Shown: positions 1 to 9,815, counted from the stretch's first letter. The stretch is DNA of 64,000 nucleotides from Endomicrobiales bacterium (GCA_963796955.1 CAWCNJ010000009.1:1-64000); one strand, 5' to 3'. Translations and numbers: made by a program. Notes: a model not told the origin generated them from the sequence alone.

Positions 1-6
1 ATCGCG

Positions 7-1062
7 ATGGCCCTGGCGGGCGCGATAACATTGGAGCAGGCGATACCCATAAACCTGGGCGCCATGATCGGCACCTGTGTTACCGCCGTAATGTCGGCGA
101 TTGGCCGTTCCCGGGAAGGGAAACGGGTGGCCGTCTGGCACGTTTTCCATCAAACCGCCGGGGTCCTGCTGGCTCTCCCGTTCATAACCCTTATCAGGAT
201 AGACGGCGAGCCGGTGTGGTTCATTTTTGTAAAATGGTTCACCGGTTTGTTCTTCAATTCGAATGATATCGCCAGACAGATCGCTATGGGCCACACGCTT
301 ATTTCGGTTATTAGTACGCTTATCTTCCTGCCGCTGCTGCCCGTCATGAACAAACTGCTAAATTCCGTATATCCCCCTAAGGAAGAGGAAAAACCGTTCG
401 GCCCTATATTTATAGACGAAGGCTTGCTTTCAGAGCCGGTACTGGCCCTTGAACAGGCCCGTAAAGAGATCGTGCGCCAGGGGGAGTTGGTTCAGGAAAT
501 GCTGAAAGAAACCATGCAAATATTTGAAACGCAAAATCTTAAGCTTTGCGACACCGTCTCCCTTAAGGATATCCGTGTGGACGCGCTGCATAACGCGATC
601 GTTCATTATCTCTCCCGTGTCTCTCAGGCTTCGTTGACGGAGCCGCTGGCAGAAATGCAGGTGCGGTTACTATATATAACAGCGGATATCGAAGAGATAG
701 GCGATATCATAGATAAAAATATCGTTGCTATTTCGCGCAAGAAACTGGAAAATAAATTATGGTTCTCGGACGCCGGATGGCAGGATATCATAGAGCTGCA
801 TGGTAACGTGTTGTCTCATTTCAGCGATGTGATAGAAGCTCTGCGCAACTGGGACGCGCCCCTCGCCGCACGGGTCATGGAAGATAAACACAACTTAAGC
901 CGCCGCGTTTATGAACTGCGCCGTAAACACATCGAGCGCATCAATATGGGTGTACAGGCGACCATTGATACCGCCAGTATCCATCAGGATCTGATAGACC
1001 AGCTAAAACATATTAATTCGCACACCGCATCCATTGCGGCGGCAATAAAAGGCGGAGTATAG
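7..1062 (+). CDS. Na/Pi cotransporter family protein with C-terminal PhoU-like repeats (5' truncated by window)
   Basis: INLGAMIGTCVTA membrane motif followed by two PhoU-like helical repeats. Confidence 0.85.
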   Translation: MALAGAITLEQAIPINLGAMIGTCVTAVMSAIGRSREGKRVAVWHVFHQTAGVLLALPFITLIRIDGEPVWFIFVKWFTGLFFNSNDIARQIAMGHTLISVISTLIFLPLLPVMNKLLNSVYPPKEEEKPFGPIFIDEGLLSEPVLALEQARKEIVRQGELVQEMLKETMQIFETQNLKLCDTVSLKDIRVDALHNAIVHYLSRVSQASLTEPLAEMQVRLLYITADIEEIGDIIDKNIVAISRKKLENKLWFSDAGWQDIIELHGNVLSHFSDVIEALRNWDAPLAARVMEDKHNLSRRVYELRRKHIERINMGVQATIDTASIHQDLIDQLKHINSHTASIAAAIKGGV

Positions 1063-1068
1063 AAAAGC

Positions 1069-1097
1069 TTGACATATTAGAATTATTGTTATATATT
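1069..1097 (+). promoter_or_regulatory. sigma70-type promoter
   Basis: TTGACA (1069-1074), 17 bp spacer, TATATT (1092-1097). Confidence 0.6.
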
Positions 1098-1182
1098 GTT
1101 GAAGTAGTAGTTGTGGGATCCCGAAACGCGATAAATCCGATATGCTATAAACCTGCCTTATAGGTTTTCCTATAACTGGGGG

Positions 1183-1220
1183 AAAAGAAGGGTGGTCAAT
1201 TTGACCCCCTTCTTTTTTTT
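1183..1220. terminator. intrinsic terminator, probably bidirectional
   Basis: AAAAGAAGGG-TGGTCAA-T-TTGACC-CCCTTCTTTTTTTT hairpin between convergent genes. Confidence 0.8.
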
Positions 1221-1243
1221 GTGCTGGTAGAATTGGTGGATAT

Positions 1244-1945
1244 CTAGGCGGCGGGTTCGTCTTTCAGATATATTTTTACTTTCATGCCCTGGTTCAATTG
1301 TTTGAACCATTCGTTAAATACCATCATAACTTTTTCCTGCCGTATTTTTCCGGCAAAGGCGTCGCGGTCTTTTTCGTAATTCTTCATATTGTTCTTGTTG
1401 GCTTTCATGTAAGCGTATCTTAATTCCGGTTCGCTTATGACTACGCTTGAAGCTACCAGGTCCCTCAGCTTTAAATACGCTATCTGCCGTCTGCGGGATT
1501 CTTCGAACTCCTGCGGCGTGCTGTGCAGCACCTGACTTAAAATGTGGAAGTAAGCGCGAGGATCGAATTTGCCATCCTGCTGGAAGGCCGGGTAATGCTG
1601 TATTTCCATCGCTATTTCTGAATCCGTGACTTTAATACCGTATTTTTTCGCTTCCTGCCAGAATACTTCTTCCTGAATAAGGTCCTGCATAACTTCATGT
1701 TTTTTTTGTCTGGTCATTTCGTCGGTAGGTTCTGCTTTTTGCTGGCGCAGGTTGTCCATCGTTCTGGTCAGCAGCTGGTTGTACCTGCGCATGGGGATCT
1801 TGTGTCCGTTCACTTCCGCTGCCAGGCCCTGCGTTGAGCCGCCGCCGAAAAAGTAACCGCCGAAGCCCACGAATATGCCGGCGAAAAATCCGCCGAGCGT
1901 AATGTAGAATATAACCTTCATATTTTTGCGCAAAAAATTCATCAT
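1244..1945 (-). CDS. SurA N-terminal domain protein (PpiD/SurA-like chaperone)
   Basis: N-terminal TM segment; AEVNGHKI, GIKVTDSEI and PAFQQDGKFD motifs. Confidence 0.8.
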   Translation of the reverse strand: MMNFLRKNMKVIFYITLGGFFAGIFVGFGGYFFGGGSTQGLAAEVNGHKIPMRRYNQLLTRTMDNLRQQKAEPTDEMTRQKKHEVMQDLIQEEVFWQEAKKYGIKVTDSEIAMEIQHYPAFQQDGKFDPRAYFHILSQVLHSTPQEFEESRRRQIAYLKLRDLVASSVVISEPELRYAYMKANKNNMKNYEKDRDAFAGKIRQEKVMMVFNEWFKQLNQGMKVKIYLKDEPAA

Positions 1946-2056
1946 GTCTATGCCCCTTTGTATTGGTAAGGTTTCGATATTGTACCAAAAACTTATATAA
2001 ATGAAAAGACAACGACACTATGCCGTTGCCTTTCGTGAGTCATTGCTGTTAGTTAA

Positions 2057-2461
2057 TTATCTGCGTCTGGGGGATTCTTTGGCTTCAACTTCCATTTCTA
2101 TGATCTTACTTTTTTCCGTTGCCATAACGCAGTTGCCTTCGAAGGTAGCGCCATCGCCGATCGAAAGCGAGGCGGTGTTTATATCACCGTAAACCTGGGC
2201 GTGGCTCAGTATTTCAAGCGAATGTGAGGCCGTGATATTGCCCGTAATTTTTCCGCCGACAACCACGATGCGTCCGCTGATGTCGCCCTGGATTACGCCT
2301 TTCTCACCCACGACAATGCCGTCGGCTTCTGCGACACCGCCTTCCAACTTGCCGTCTACGCGCAGAGAATTTTTTGTCCGGATGGTGCCCTGGAACACGG
2401 TCTCGGCGCCGACAATGGTTTCAACCGCGCTTAATTCTCCCTCAGTCTTTTTTCCGAACAT
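2057..2461 (-). CDS. bactofilin (polymer-forming cytoskeletal protein)
   Basis: ETIVG...LRVDG...GDI beta-helix repeats; downstream of an M23 peptidase, a common pairing. Confidence 0.9.
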   Translation of the reverse strand: MFGKKTEGELSAVETIVGAETVFQGTIRTKNSLRVDGKLEGGVAEADGIVVGEKGVIQGDISGRIVVVGGKITGNITASHSLEILSHAQVYGDINTASLSIGDGATFEGNCVMATEKSKIIEMEVEAKESPRRR

Positions 2462-3431
2462 TAGCGTGTCCCTCCCGGGAGTAAATTGTTAGGTGCCGCG
2501 CAAACGGCGTTTTTCAGGTACGGCGCCGGGCTTATCGCCTGGTTGTTCTTGCGTATTTCGTAATGCAGATGCGTTCCAGTAGAGGTCCCGGTGCTGCCCA
2601 TAAGCCCTATCAGCTGGCTTCTGGTCACACGGTCGCCGGGTTTTACCAGGATCTTTTCCAGATGGCCAAGTAGGAGCACAGACCGTGTCCGTGATCAACA
2701 ATTATAAGCCTGCCATACCCGGGCTGCCATTCACACAGCTTGACCGTTCCAAATGCTGTTGCGTAGACCGGCGTGTTTTTAGCATTCGCTATATCAAACC
2801 CGGAATGGAATTCTGTAACACCGAACACGGGATGCACCCTGAAACCAAAAGTTGATGTTAAGCGTCCCACGCATGGCCAGACGTTCGGCGTATTCTTAAA
2901 TTCAGTGCGCATGGTGTCAACCTGACACAATACTTCTTTAAAACTGTTCATCTGGCGGGAAGTCTCGTCTATCAGCGCCGAAGTCTGCTTGTAGATATCT
3001 TCAACGCTCATCTCATCGATAGTGCCGTTAAGTTTGCGCTCAAGAGCCTCTTTATCAACCTCTGAAGGGCCGCCCTGTCCCTGCCCATCAGCCTCTATGA
3101 TAGCCTTCTTGGACTTCATTTCCAGCAGCTGCCGGATATGGGAATCGTTCTCTTTTACCAGGTCCAGCATCTCGCGCGATTTCTGCACCTGTTTGGCGAA
3201 ATAGCCGACTTTTACCTTCATAAGTTTGTTATCGGTCTTGGTTTTCAGATAGTCAATGTGCTGGCCGGAAAGGATGCCCGCCCAGATGGTAATGCCGGTC
3301 CACAAGAACACCGCGAATAGCAGAAAAGATAACGAAAAGTTAAGGCTCACCGGTTTTATGGTGTTGTGGGGAACCACCATAATGGTGATCCTGCGTTTCA
3401 GCTCTTTCGCGATCTTTTTAGATAATGCCAT
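2461..3431 (-). CDS. M23 family metallopeptidase (single-base frameshift near 2668)
   Basis: HSGFD motif in ORF 2643-3431 and STGTHLHYE in ORF 2461-2679; adding one T to TAC-TT-GGC joins them. Confidence 0.85.
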
Positions 3432-3561
3432 GATATCGCCCTGGCCATCGAAGGTACTCCCCCACTAGTATATAACAGAAATAACATATATTGTCAACGA
3501 ATAGTTGGCTTAATTGGCGCCCGGTTTGATAATAGGCTCATCATTTGCTATTATGCGGTAT

Positions 3562-6234
3562 ATGGAACTGGATATATCAAAAACGTACGAACCTAAAGCC
3601 GTTGAAGCAAAGTGGGTACAGCGCTGGCTTGAGACCGGGGCTTCACACGCGGTCGTTGACCATGCCAAAAAACCCTTCACCATAGTAATACCGCCACCCA
3701 ATGTTACCGGCTCCCTGCACATGGGCCATGCGCTGAACAATACCCTTCAGGATGCCATTATACGCTTTCGCAAGATGCTGGGATACAACGCTCTGTGGGT
3801 GCCGGGTACGGACCACGGCGGCATTGCTACCCAAAATGTCGTGGAAAAACTGCTGAAAGCGGAAGGAACCAACCGCGGCGAGCTGGGCCGTGAGAAATTT
3901 CTTGAACGCATGTGGAAATGGCGCGCCGACACCGGTGATACGATCCTGCACCAGCTTTCAATGCTCGGCAGTTCTCTGGACTGGAGCCGCACCCGCTTTA
4001 CTATGGACGAAACCTGTTCAAAATGGGTCATGAAGGCTTTTGTGCAGCTGTACAATAAAGGCCTCATTTATCGCGGCAAGCGCCTGGTGAACTGGTGCCC
4101 ACGGTGCCACACCGCGCTTTCAGATATTGAAGTGGAACATGAAGAAGAAGTCGGAAAGCTCTGGCACATAAAGTATCCGCTGCAAAACCCCATTAACGGA
4201 CGGGACCATATCGTTGTCGCCACAACCCGCCCGGAGACCATGCTTGGCGATACCGCGGTTGCCGTTCACCCGGGTGATGCACGCTACGGCGATGTTATCG
4301 GCAAAAATATTATGCTGCCGTTGATGAACCGCGCGATCCCGATAGTGGCCGATGACGCGATAGACCAGACCTTCGGTACCGGTGCGGTGAAAGTTACGCC
4401 GGCTCACGATCCTACCGACTTTGATATCGCCTTACGGCAGGGCCTGCCGCAGATAGTGGTGATAGATTTTCACGGCAATATGTCGCCTGAAGCCGGCTCA
4501 TACGCCGGGTTGGAACGCTACGCCGCCCGTAAAAAAATATTGGAAGACCTGGAAGCGCAGGGATTGCTGCTGGAAACGGTTAAACATCCGCATTCCGTCG
4601 GTCATTGCTATCGCTGTGACACGGTTATTGAACCGCTTATGTCCGAGCAATGGTTCATGAAGGTGCAGGAAATGTCCCGCCGCGCCATGAACGCGGTTGA
4701 GACAAAAGAAGTGAAGATCTACCCTGAATCCTGGACCCGCCCCTATTTGCTTTGGCTGGAAAACCTGCGTGATTGGTGCATCAGCCGCCAGATCTGGTGG
4801 GGCCACCGGATACCGGTTTATTATTGCGTGAAAAACGGTGAGCGTACCGATTGTCCTCCCGTTGCCTCTGAAACGCCGGTAACAACATGTCCGCATTGCG
4901 GCAATACTACGATCGAACAGGACACGGATGTGCTGGATACCTGGTTCTCGTCCGCTCTGTGGCCGTTCAGCGTCTTCGGCGACAACAAGGAAGAACGCGA
5001 GCACTTCTACCCTACGAACGTGCTGGTAACGGGTCACGAGATCTTGTACTTGTGGGTCGCCCGCATGATACAGATGGGCCTGGAGATACAGGATAAAGTG
5101 CCGTTCACCGAAGTATATATTCACGGCATAGTCCGGGACAAGCACGGCAAGAAAATGTCGAAGTCCCTGGGCAACGTTATAGACCCTCTTACAGTAATGG
5201 AGAAATTCGGCACCGATGCGCTGCGTTTCTCTCTGGCACAGTCCGCCGCGCCCGGCCGCGATATGCAGCTTTCCGACGAATCATTCCTTGCCGCGCGTAA
5301 CTTCGCCAACAAAATTTGGAACGCCAGCCGTTTTGTCATGATGAGCCTGGAAGGTTCCGGTGTCTCTAAAGATGAAATTGAAAAATTGTGCCCCGCCGAA
5401 CTGGCCGACCGCTGGATATTACACGAATATCAGACGGCCGTTCTCAGCGTTAAAGAGCATTTGAAAAGTTATAATATAGACGCCGCCGCCCGCGAGCTTT
5501 ACGATTTCATCTGGTCAAAATACTGCGATTGGTATATTGAGTTCGCCAAGGTGCGTATGATGGGCTGCGACGTAACAGCCAAGGCTTCCGTGCTATCCGT
5601 TCTGATAGAGGTTCTCTCGGGTATTTTGCGCATGCTGCACCCGATAATGCCTTTTATAACCGAAGAGATCTGGCAGCAGTTTTCAAAGTTAACCGCGGCG
5701 GAGCCTTCAATAATAAAAGCCGGCTGGCCCGATGTTTCAAAGATCCAGGATTTCTCCGCCGCCCATCGCGAAATGGAACTGGTGCAAAGCGTTATCACGG
5801 CCGTGCGTGTAGTGCGCAGTGAGATGAACCTTTCGCCTGCCATGATGATAAACGTTACCATGAATATCCCTGAGAGCTCGCGCAGGGACATAATTACCGC
5901 TAATATCGCGGATATTAAAAGGCTCGCGAAGATAGACCAGGCCGATATACAGGCCAATATCCAACGCCCGCCGCTGTCGTCGGTGGCAGTCGTCACGGGT
6001 GTAGACGTTTATATCCCGTTGTCGGGCCTTGTGGATCTTGAAAAAGAAAAGCAGCGTCTTGCAAAAGAGCTGGATTTTGTCAATAACGAAGTCGTGCGCT
6101 GTACAAAAAACCTTGCCAATGAAGGTTTCATAAGCCGCGCCCCTGCCGCCGAGGTGGAGAAGATCCGCGTGCGCCTGCACGAGGCAAAAGAAAAGATCGC
6201 GCGCCTGAAAAGCAATCTTGATTCTTTAAAATAA
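3562..6234 (+). CDS. valS: valine--tRNA ligase
   Basis: PPPNVTGSLHMGH, DWCISRQIWWGH and KMSKS motifs; C-terminal coiled coil. Confidence 0.98.
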   Translation: MELDISKTYEPKAVEAKWVQRWLETGASHAVVDHAKKPFTIVIPPPNVTGSLHMGHALNNTLQDAIIRFRKMLGYNALWVPGTDHGGIATQNVVEKLLKAEGTNRGELGREKFLERMWKWRADTGDTILHQLSMLGSSLDWSRTRFTMDETCSKWVMKAFVQLYNKGLIYRGKRLVNWCPRCHTALSDIEVEHEEEVGKLWHIKYPLQNPINGRDHIVVATTRPETMLGDTAVAVHPGDARYGDVIGKNIMLPLMNRAIPIVADDAIDQTFGTGAVKVTPAHDPTDFDIALRQGLPQIVVIDFHGNMSPEAGSYAGLERYAARKKILEDLEAQGLLLETVKHPHSVGHCYRCDTVIEPLMSEQWFMKVQEMSRRAMNAVETKEVKIYPESWTRPYLLWLENLRDWCISRQIWWGHRIPVYYCVKNGERTDCPPVASETPVTTCPHCGNTTIEQDTDVLDTWFSSALWPFSVFGDNKEEREHFYPTNVLVTGHEILYLWVARMIQMGLEIQDKVPFTEVYIHGIVRDKHGKKMSKSLGNVIDPLTVMEKFGTDALRFSLAQSAAPGRDMQLSDESFLAARNFANKIWNASRFVMMSLEGSGVSKDEIEKLCPAELADRWILHEYQTAVLSVKEHLKSYNIDAAARELYDFIWSKYCDWYIEFAKVRMMGCDVTAKASVLSVLIEVLSGILRMLHPIMPFITEEIWQQFSKLTAAEPSIIKAGWPDVSKIQDFSAAHREMELVQSVITAVRVVRSEMNLSPAMMINVTMNIPESSRRDIITANIADIKRLAKIDQADIQANIQRPPLSSVAVVTGVDVYIPLSGLVDLEKEKQRLAKELDFVNNEVVRCTKNLANEGFISRAPAAEVEKIRVRLHEAKEKIARLKSNLDSLK

Positions 6235-6243
6235 GGATACGTA

Positions 6244-6924
6244 ATGAGACCAATAAAGATCGTAAAAAATTACATTCAACATGCTGAAGGTTCCTGCCTG
6301 TATTCTTCCGGTAACACCGTCGTGCTTTGCGTGGCGACCGTTGAAGAAAAAGTGCCGCCTTTCATTGAGAAAAGGCTGCCCGTACAGGGCTGGGTGACCG
6401 CTGAGTATGCCATGCTGCCGCGCGCCGGAACGGAGCGTTCGCCGCGCGCCAAGGGAGGCGGCGGCCGTGCGCAGGAGATCTCAAGGCTTATCGGCCGCTC
6501 CCTGCGGGCTGTGGTGGATATGGAAAAACTTGGCAAACGCACCATTACGCTTGACTGCGATGTTATTAAAGCCGACGGCGGCACGCGCACGGCTTCCGTC
6601 AACGGAGCCTTTATCGCCCTTTCCATGGCGCTCAAAAAATTGTATAAAGAAGGTAAGGTCACTGACAGTCCCTTACTGGATAACGTCGGCGCTATCAGCG
6701 TCGGTCTGGTGGACGGTAAACTGGCGATAGACCTTTGTTACGAACAGGATGTTAAAGCGGAAGTTGACCTGAACGTGGTTATGACCGGCAAAGGCCGGCT
6801 GATAGAAGTGCAGGGCACCGCCGAGCACAAGCCTTTCACCCGCAAGGACCTTGACCATATGGTAGACGGCGCCGCCAAAGCTATAAAGACGATAATCGCG
6901 CTGCAAAAGAAGACACTTACATGA
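6244..6924 (+). CDS. rph: ribonuclease PH
   Basis: GWVTAEYAMLP, EISRLIGRSLR and ADGGTRTAS motifs. Confidence 0.97.
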   Translation: MRPIKIVKNYIQHAEGSCLYSSGNTVVLCVATVEEKVPPFIEKRLPVQGWVTAEYAMLPRAGTERSPRAKGGGGRAQEISRLIGRSLRAVVDMEKLGKRTITLDCDVIKADGGTRTASVNGAFIALSMALKKLYKEGKVTDSPLLDNVGAISVGLVDGKLAIDLCYEQDVKAEVDLNVVMTGKGRLIEVQGTAEHKPFTRKDLDHMVDGAAKAIKTIIALQKKTLT

Positions 6925-7589
6925 AAGAATTAGTGCTTGCGACGAACAACAAACATAAGGTCAGGGAAATAATCGATATTTTGGGCAAGCTGCCGGTATC
7001 CGTTAAGAGCCTGGCGGATTTCAAGAAGATGCCTGAAGTAGTGGAAGACGGTGAAACGCTGGCCCAGAACGCCGTTAAGAAGGCCATGACCGTCTCGATG
7101 CGGCTTAACACGTGGGCGATGGCTGACGATACCGGCCTTGAAGTGGACTATCTTGCCAAAGCGCCCGGCGTTTACTCGGCGCGTTTTGCGGGCGAAAATT
7201 GCACATACGACGATAATAATAAGAAATTGTTGAAGCTGCTTGAGGGTGTTCCCTTAAAAGAACGCACCGCCCGTTTCCGCTGCGTGATCGCCATAGCCAA
7301 CGCCGAGGGCAGTGTGGAACTCACCGAAGGCAGCATTGAAGGTTACATAGCGCTTAAGCCGGCCGGCGCGAACGGTTTCGGCTACGATCCAATATTCATA
7401 GTGCCAAAATACAAAAAGAGTTTCGCCCAACTCGGTGATAAGATCAAGAACAAAATAAGCCACAGGGCGATAGCCGTTAACAATGCCAAAAAAATAATTA
7501 AAGCCATCCTTTCTAGAAAAGAAGAACCTGCTGAGCAAGATGGCGGTTGTGGCTGTTCAGGCGGTGGTTGTGGCGGCGGTTGCCATTAA
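6921..7589 (+). CDS. rdgB: RdgB/HAM1 non-canonical purine NTP pyrophosphatase
   Basis: ATNNKHK, ADDTGL, GFGYDPIF and KNKISHR motifs; coupled to rph. Confidence 0.95.
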   Translation: MKELVLATNNKHKVREIIDILGKLPVSVKSLADFKKMPEVVEDGETLAQNAVKKAMTVSMRLNTWAMADDTGLEVDYLAKAPGVYSARFAGENCTYDDNNKKLLKLLEGVPLKERTARFRCVIAIANAEGSVELTEGSIEGYIALKPAGANGFGYDPIFIVPKYKKSFAQLGDKIKNKISHRAIAVNNAKKIIKAILSRKEEPAEQDGGCGCSGGGCGGGCH

Positions 7590-7592
7590 TAG

Positions 7593-7683
7593 TCTCGAGT
7601 TTGGAGTATCGAGTTTCGAGAAAAGTCAAAGTATTGACAGTAATAAATGTCTACGGTTTTCTCGAGACTAATTGCTCGAGACT
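7593..7683. repeat. inverted arrays of degenerate 7-nt repeats
   Basis: TCTCGAG TTTGGAG TATCGAG TTTCGAG AAAA ... TTTT CTCGAGA CTAATTG CTCGAGA. Confidence 0.55.
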
Positions 7684-7693
7684 CTAGTTAATG

Positions 7694-7766
7694 CGGGGGT
7701 TAGTTCAGTTGGTAGAACGCTCGGTTTGGGACCGAGAGGTCAGCAGTTCAAGTCTGCTACCCCCGA
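7694..7766 (+). tRNA. tRNA-Pro(TGG)
   Basis: Acceptor stem CGGGGGT/ACCCCCG; anticodon arm CTCGG-TT-TGG-GA-CCGAG; GTTCAAG T loop; CCA not encoded. Confidence 0.95.
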
Positions 7767-7797
7767 TTTTAATATTTAAGGTTGTCCTTGGATCTAC

Positions 7798-8295
7798 ATG
7801 GATAAAGCATGGTCAGCCCGGCTTATAGTCACCCAGCTCGCTTCTATTCTGGACTATTTAGACCGTATTATTGACGGCTCCTTCCGCGAAGAACATGTGG
7901 AACGCCTGCAGGCCGCCAATATCGTCCTTAGAGACAGCATCCTGCTGCAAAAAAGCATAACATTAGAATCCCTTAAACCCGAGATCATGGGCAGGGTCAA
8001 TGAATTGGCCTCGGATTCAGACTGTATGAAGCTAAGCCTCGCGATAGAAAATATAAAACCCGCCTTAAAGATAGAGCCTTCCAGGATCGCCCGCATAACC
8101 GGCCCGCTTTTACCAGGCAATAAACTTGACCCGGTAACTATTAAAGACAACGTTAAAACGCTTTTTGAAGCGCTTCACTCCCGTTACGATTCCACCGTCG
8201 ATCCTCAGAAAATAGAATCCCTGCAAGAATCCTCTCTGTATACCCTTGAAGCCGTTTATGAAGTGATCCGCGTACTGGTCATCCAAAACTCTTAA
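7798..8295 (+). CDS. hypothetical helical protein
   Basis: 165-aa ORF, no recognised motif. Confidence 0.6.
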   Translation: MDKAWSARLIVTQLASILDYLDRIIDGSFREEHVERLQAANIVLRDSILLQKSITLESLKPEIMGRVNELASDSDCMKLSLAIENIKPALKIEPSRIARITGPLLPGNKLDPVTIKDNVKTLFEALHSRYDSTVDPQKIESLQESSLYTLEAVYEVIRVLVIQNS

Positions 8296-8420
8296 CCTTG
8301 AAATGAAAACAAAAAACCATTGACAAGAATTAGGGTCTCTGCTATTCCGTATAGTGAAGCGGAACAAAATGTTGAACTGTAAAAGGAAGGGGACAGGCAG
8401 TATCCACATTTTCACGCCTC

Positions 8421-8456
8421 AAACAAGAAAAACCCGAAACGGGTTTTTCTTGTTTT
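8421..8456 (+). terminator. intrinsic terminator
   Basis: AAACAAGAAAAACCCG-AAA-CGGGTTTTTCTTGTTT perfect stem. Confidence 0.75.
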
Positions 8457-8601
8457 AAGGCCTGTTTTTTTGTGAACTATCTTTTAGTGATATGTTCATT
8501 GACAGAAGATAGGGGATTTTGTAAAAACAGCGAAGGGGGAATAGGGAAGTTCTAACATTGCACGGAAACTCCCGTGTGATTTTTTTATTTAAGGGGGAAT
8601 T

Positions 8602-8994
8602 ATGACTAAAGGATCAAATCAGGCATTTTGGATTTTGCGTGTTCTGTTTACAATAGTACCGATAGTAGCGGGTCTGGACAAGTACGCGAGAGTGCTTACA
8701 CAGTGGGATAAGTACGTATCTCCGGCAATGACGCATATAACAAGAATGCAGGCACGCTCATTCATGTCTTTAGTAGGGGTTATTGAGATTGTGGCCGGGA
8801 TACTTGTAGCGGTCAAACCTGCGATAGGCGCGTATGTAGTGTTCGCCTGGCTTGTAGGGATAGCATTGAACCTATTATTGCTTGGCGGTGTGGCAGACAT
8901 AGCCGTTAGAGACCTTGGGCTTGCTGTGAGCGCGCTTGCATTGGCGTTTTTAAGTAATGATGCCGCCCAAACTCAACAAAAACCTGCCATGTAG
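8602..8994 (+). CDS. DoxX-like membrane protein
   Basis: VPIVAGLDK..W.KY and DIAVRDLGL motifs; several TM segments; GGGGG SD. Confidence 0.75.
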   Translation: MTKGSNQAFWILRVLFTIVPIVAGLDKYARVLTQWDKYVSPAMTHITRMQARSFMSLVGVIEIVAGILVAVKPAIGAYVVFAWLVGIALNLLLLGGVADIAVRDLGLAVSALALAFLSNDAAQTQQKPAM

Positions 8995-9062
8995 ATTCCT
9001 TACAACTTCTCAAGCGGTAACTCTGTTATAGCAATTCTTTCAGGTCTACTCCCTAAGTGGGT

Positions 9063-9091
9063 TTGACTATATGTGGTCACTTTGTTATAAT
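9063..9091 (+). promoter_or_regulatory. sigma70 promoter of the tRNA-Arg/tRNA-His unit
   Basis: TTGACT, 17 bp spacer, TATAAT. Confidence 0.75.
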
Positions 9092-9150
9092 GAACAACCT
9101 CACATCCATATTGTTGCCCTCATAGCTCAATTGGATAGAGCAACTGCCTT

Positions 9151-9815
9151 CAGGCAAGGAGCCTTTGCAGGGAAAATAACCTGCTAAAGTGAATGTGGCT
9201 ATATGCAAGGATCTCCCTGACGATGGGGACAATTTGCAGGCAACCGTTGCTCATGAGGTAATCGGCATAGCGAAAGCTATGATTCGGTGTTTGGAGGTGG
9301 AGTACTGCATCATACTAAGGACAAGGCTGACTTGGGTGTAGCAAAGGTCATCGCCGATTTGGCAAGTAAAGGTTTCGTGCCATGTGTTCCGTTGTCTGAA
9401 CATCAGCCGTATGATTTAGTGGCTATTTCAAACAACGGGAAAGCGATTAAGCTGCAAGTGAAATTTGCTACCCTCAAGCGTAATGGCACCGTCGCTGTCG
9501 GTTTTAGAACGAGTTGGGCCGATAAAAACGGTACGCACATTAAGCGGCATAGTTCTCAACAATTTGATTACTATGCGCTTTATTGTCCCGATAAAGATGT
9601 GGTTCTCTTCATACCAAACTCGGCGGATTGTCCAAAATCGATCCGTTTTGAAAAACCGAAGAACAACCAGGGCAAATTAGTGCGCTGGTCTAACGATTAC
9701 CTTATGTTGTAGCGAGAGTCCTCAGAGACTATACGCCACACACCTGAAATGGTGAAGACATAGTCCAGACTACAATTCCGTTTGTAAGGGAGCTGGAGTA
9801 ATCCAGAGTAGTAAG
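9151..9815 (+). mobile_element. group I self-splicing intron with homing endonuclease ORF
   Basis: Exon ends in U and intron ends in G; R element TCAGAGACTA (9722-9731); S element AAGACATAGTCC (9755-9766); P7 GACTA/TAGTC; P3 TGTGGC/GCCACA; P8 CACC/GGTG. Confidence 0.92.
9287..9712 (+). CDS. group I intron-associated PD-(D/E)XK endonuclease (I-Ssp6803I-like)
   Basis: TKDKADLG...PYDLV...KLQVK...FDYYALYCP motif pattern; located inside the intron. Confidence 0.88.
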   Translation: MFGGGVLHHTKDKADLGVAKVIADLASKGFVPCVPLSEHQPYDLVAISNNGKAIKLQVKFATLKRNGTVAVGFRTSWADKNGTHIKRHSSQQFDYYALYCPDKDVVLFIPNSADCPKSIRFEKPKNNQGKLVRWSNDYLML

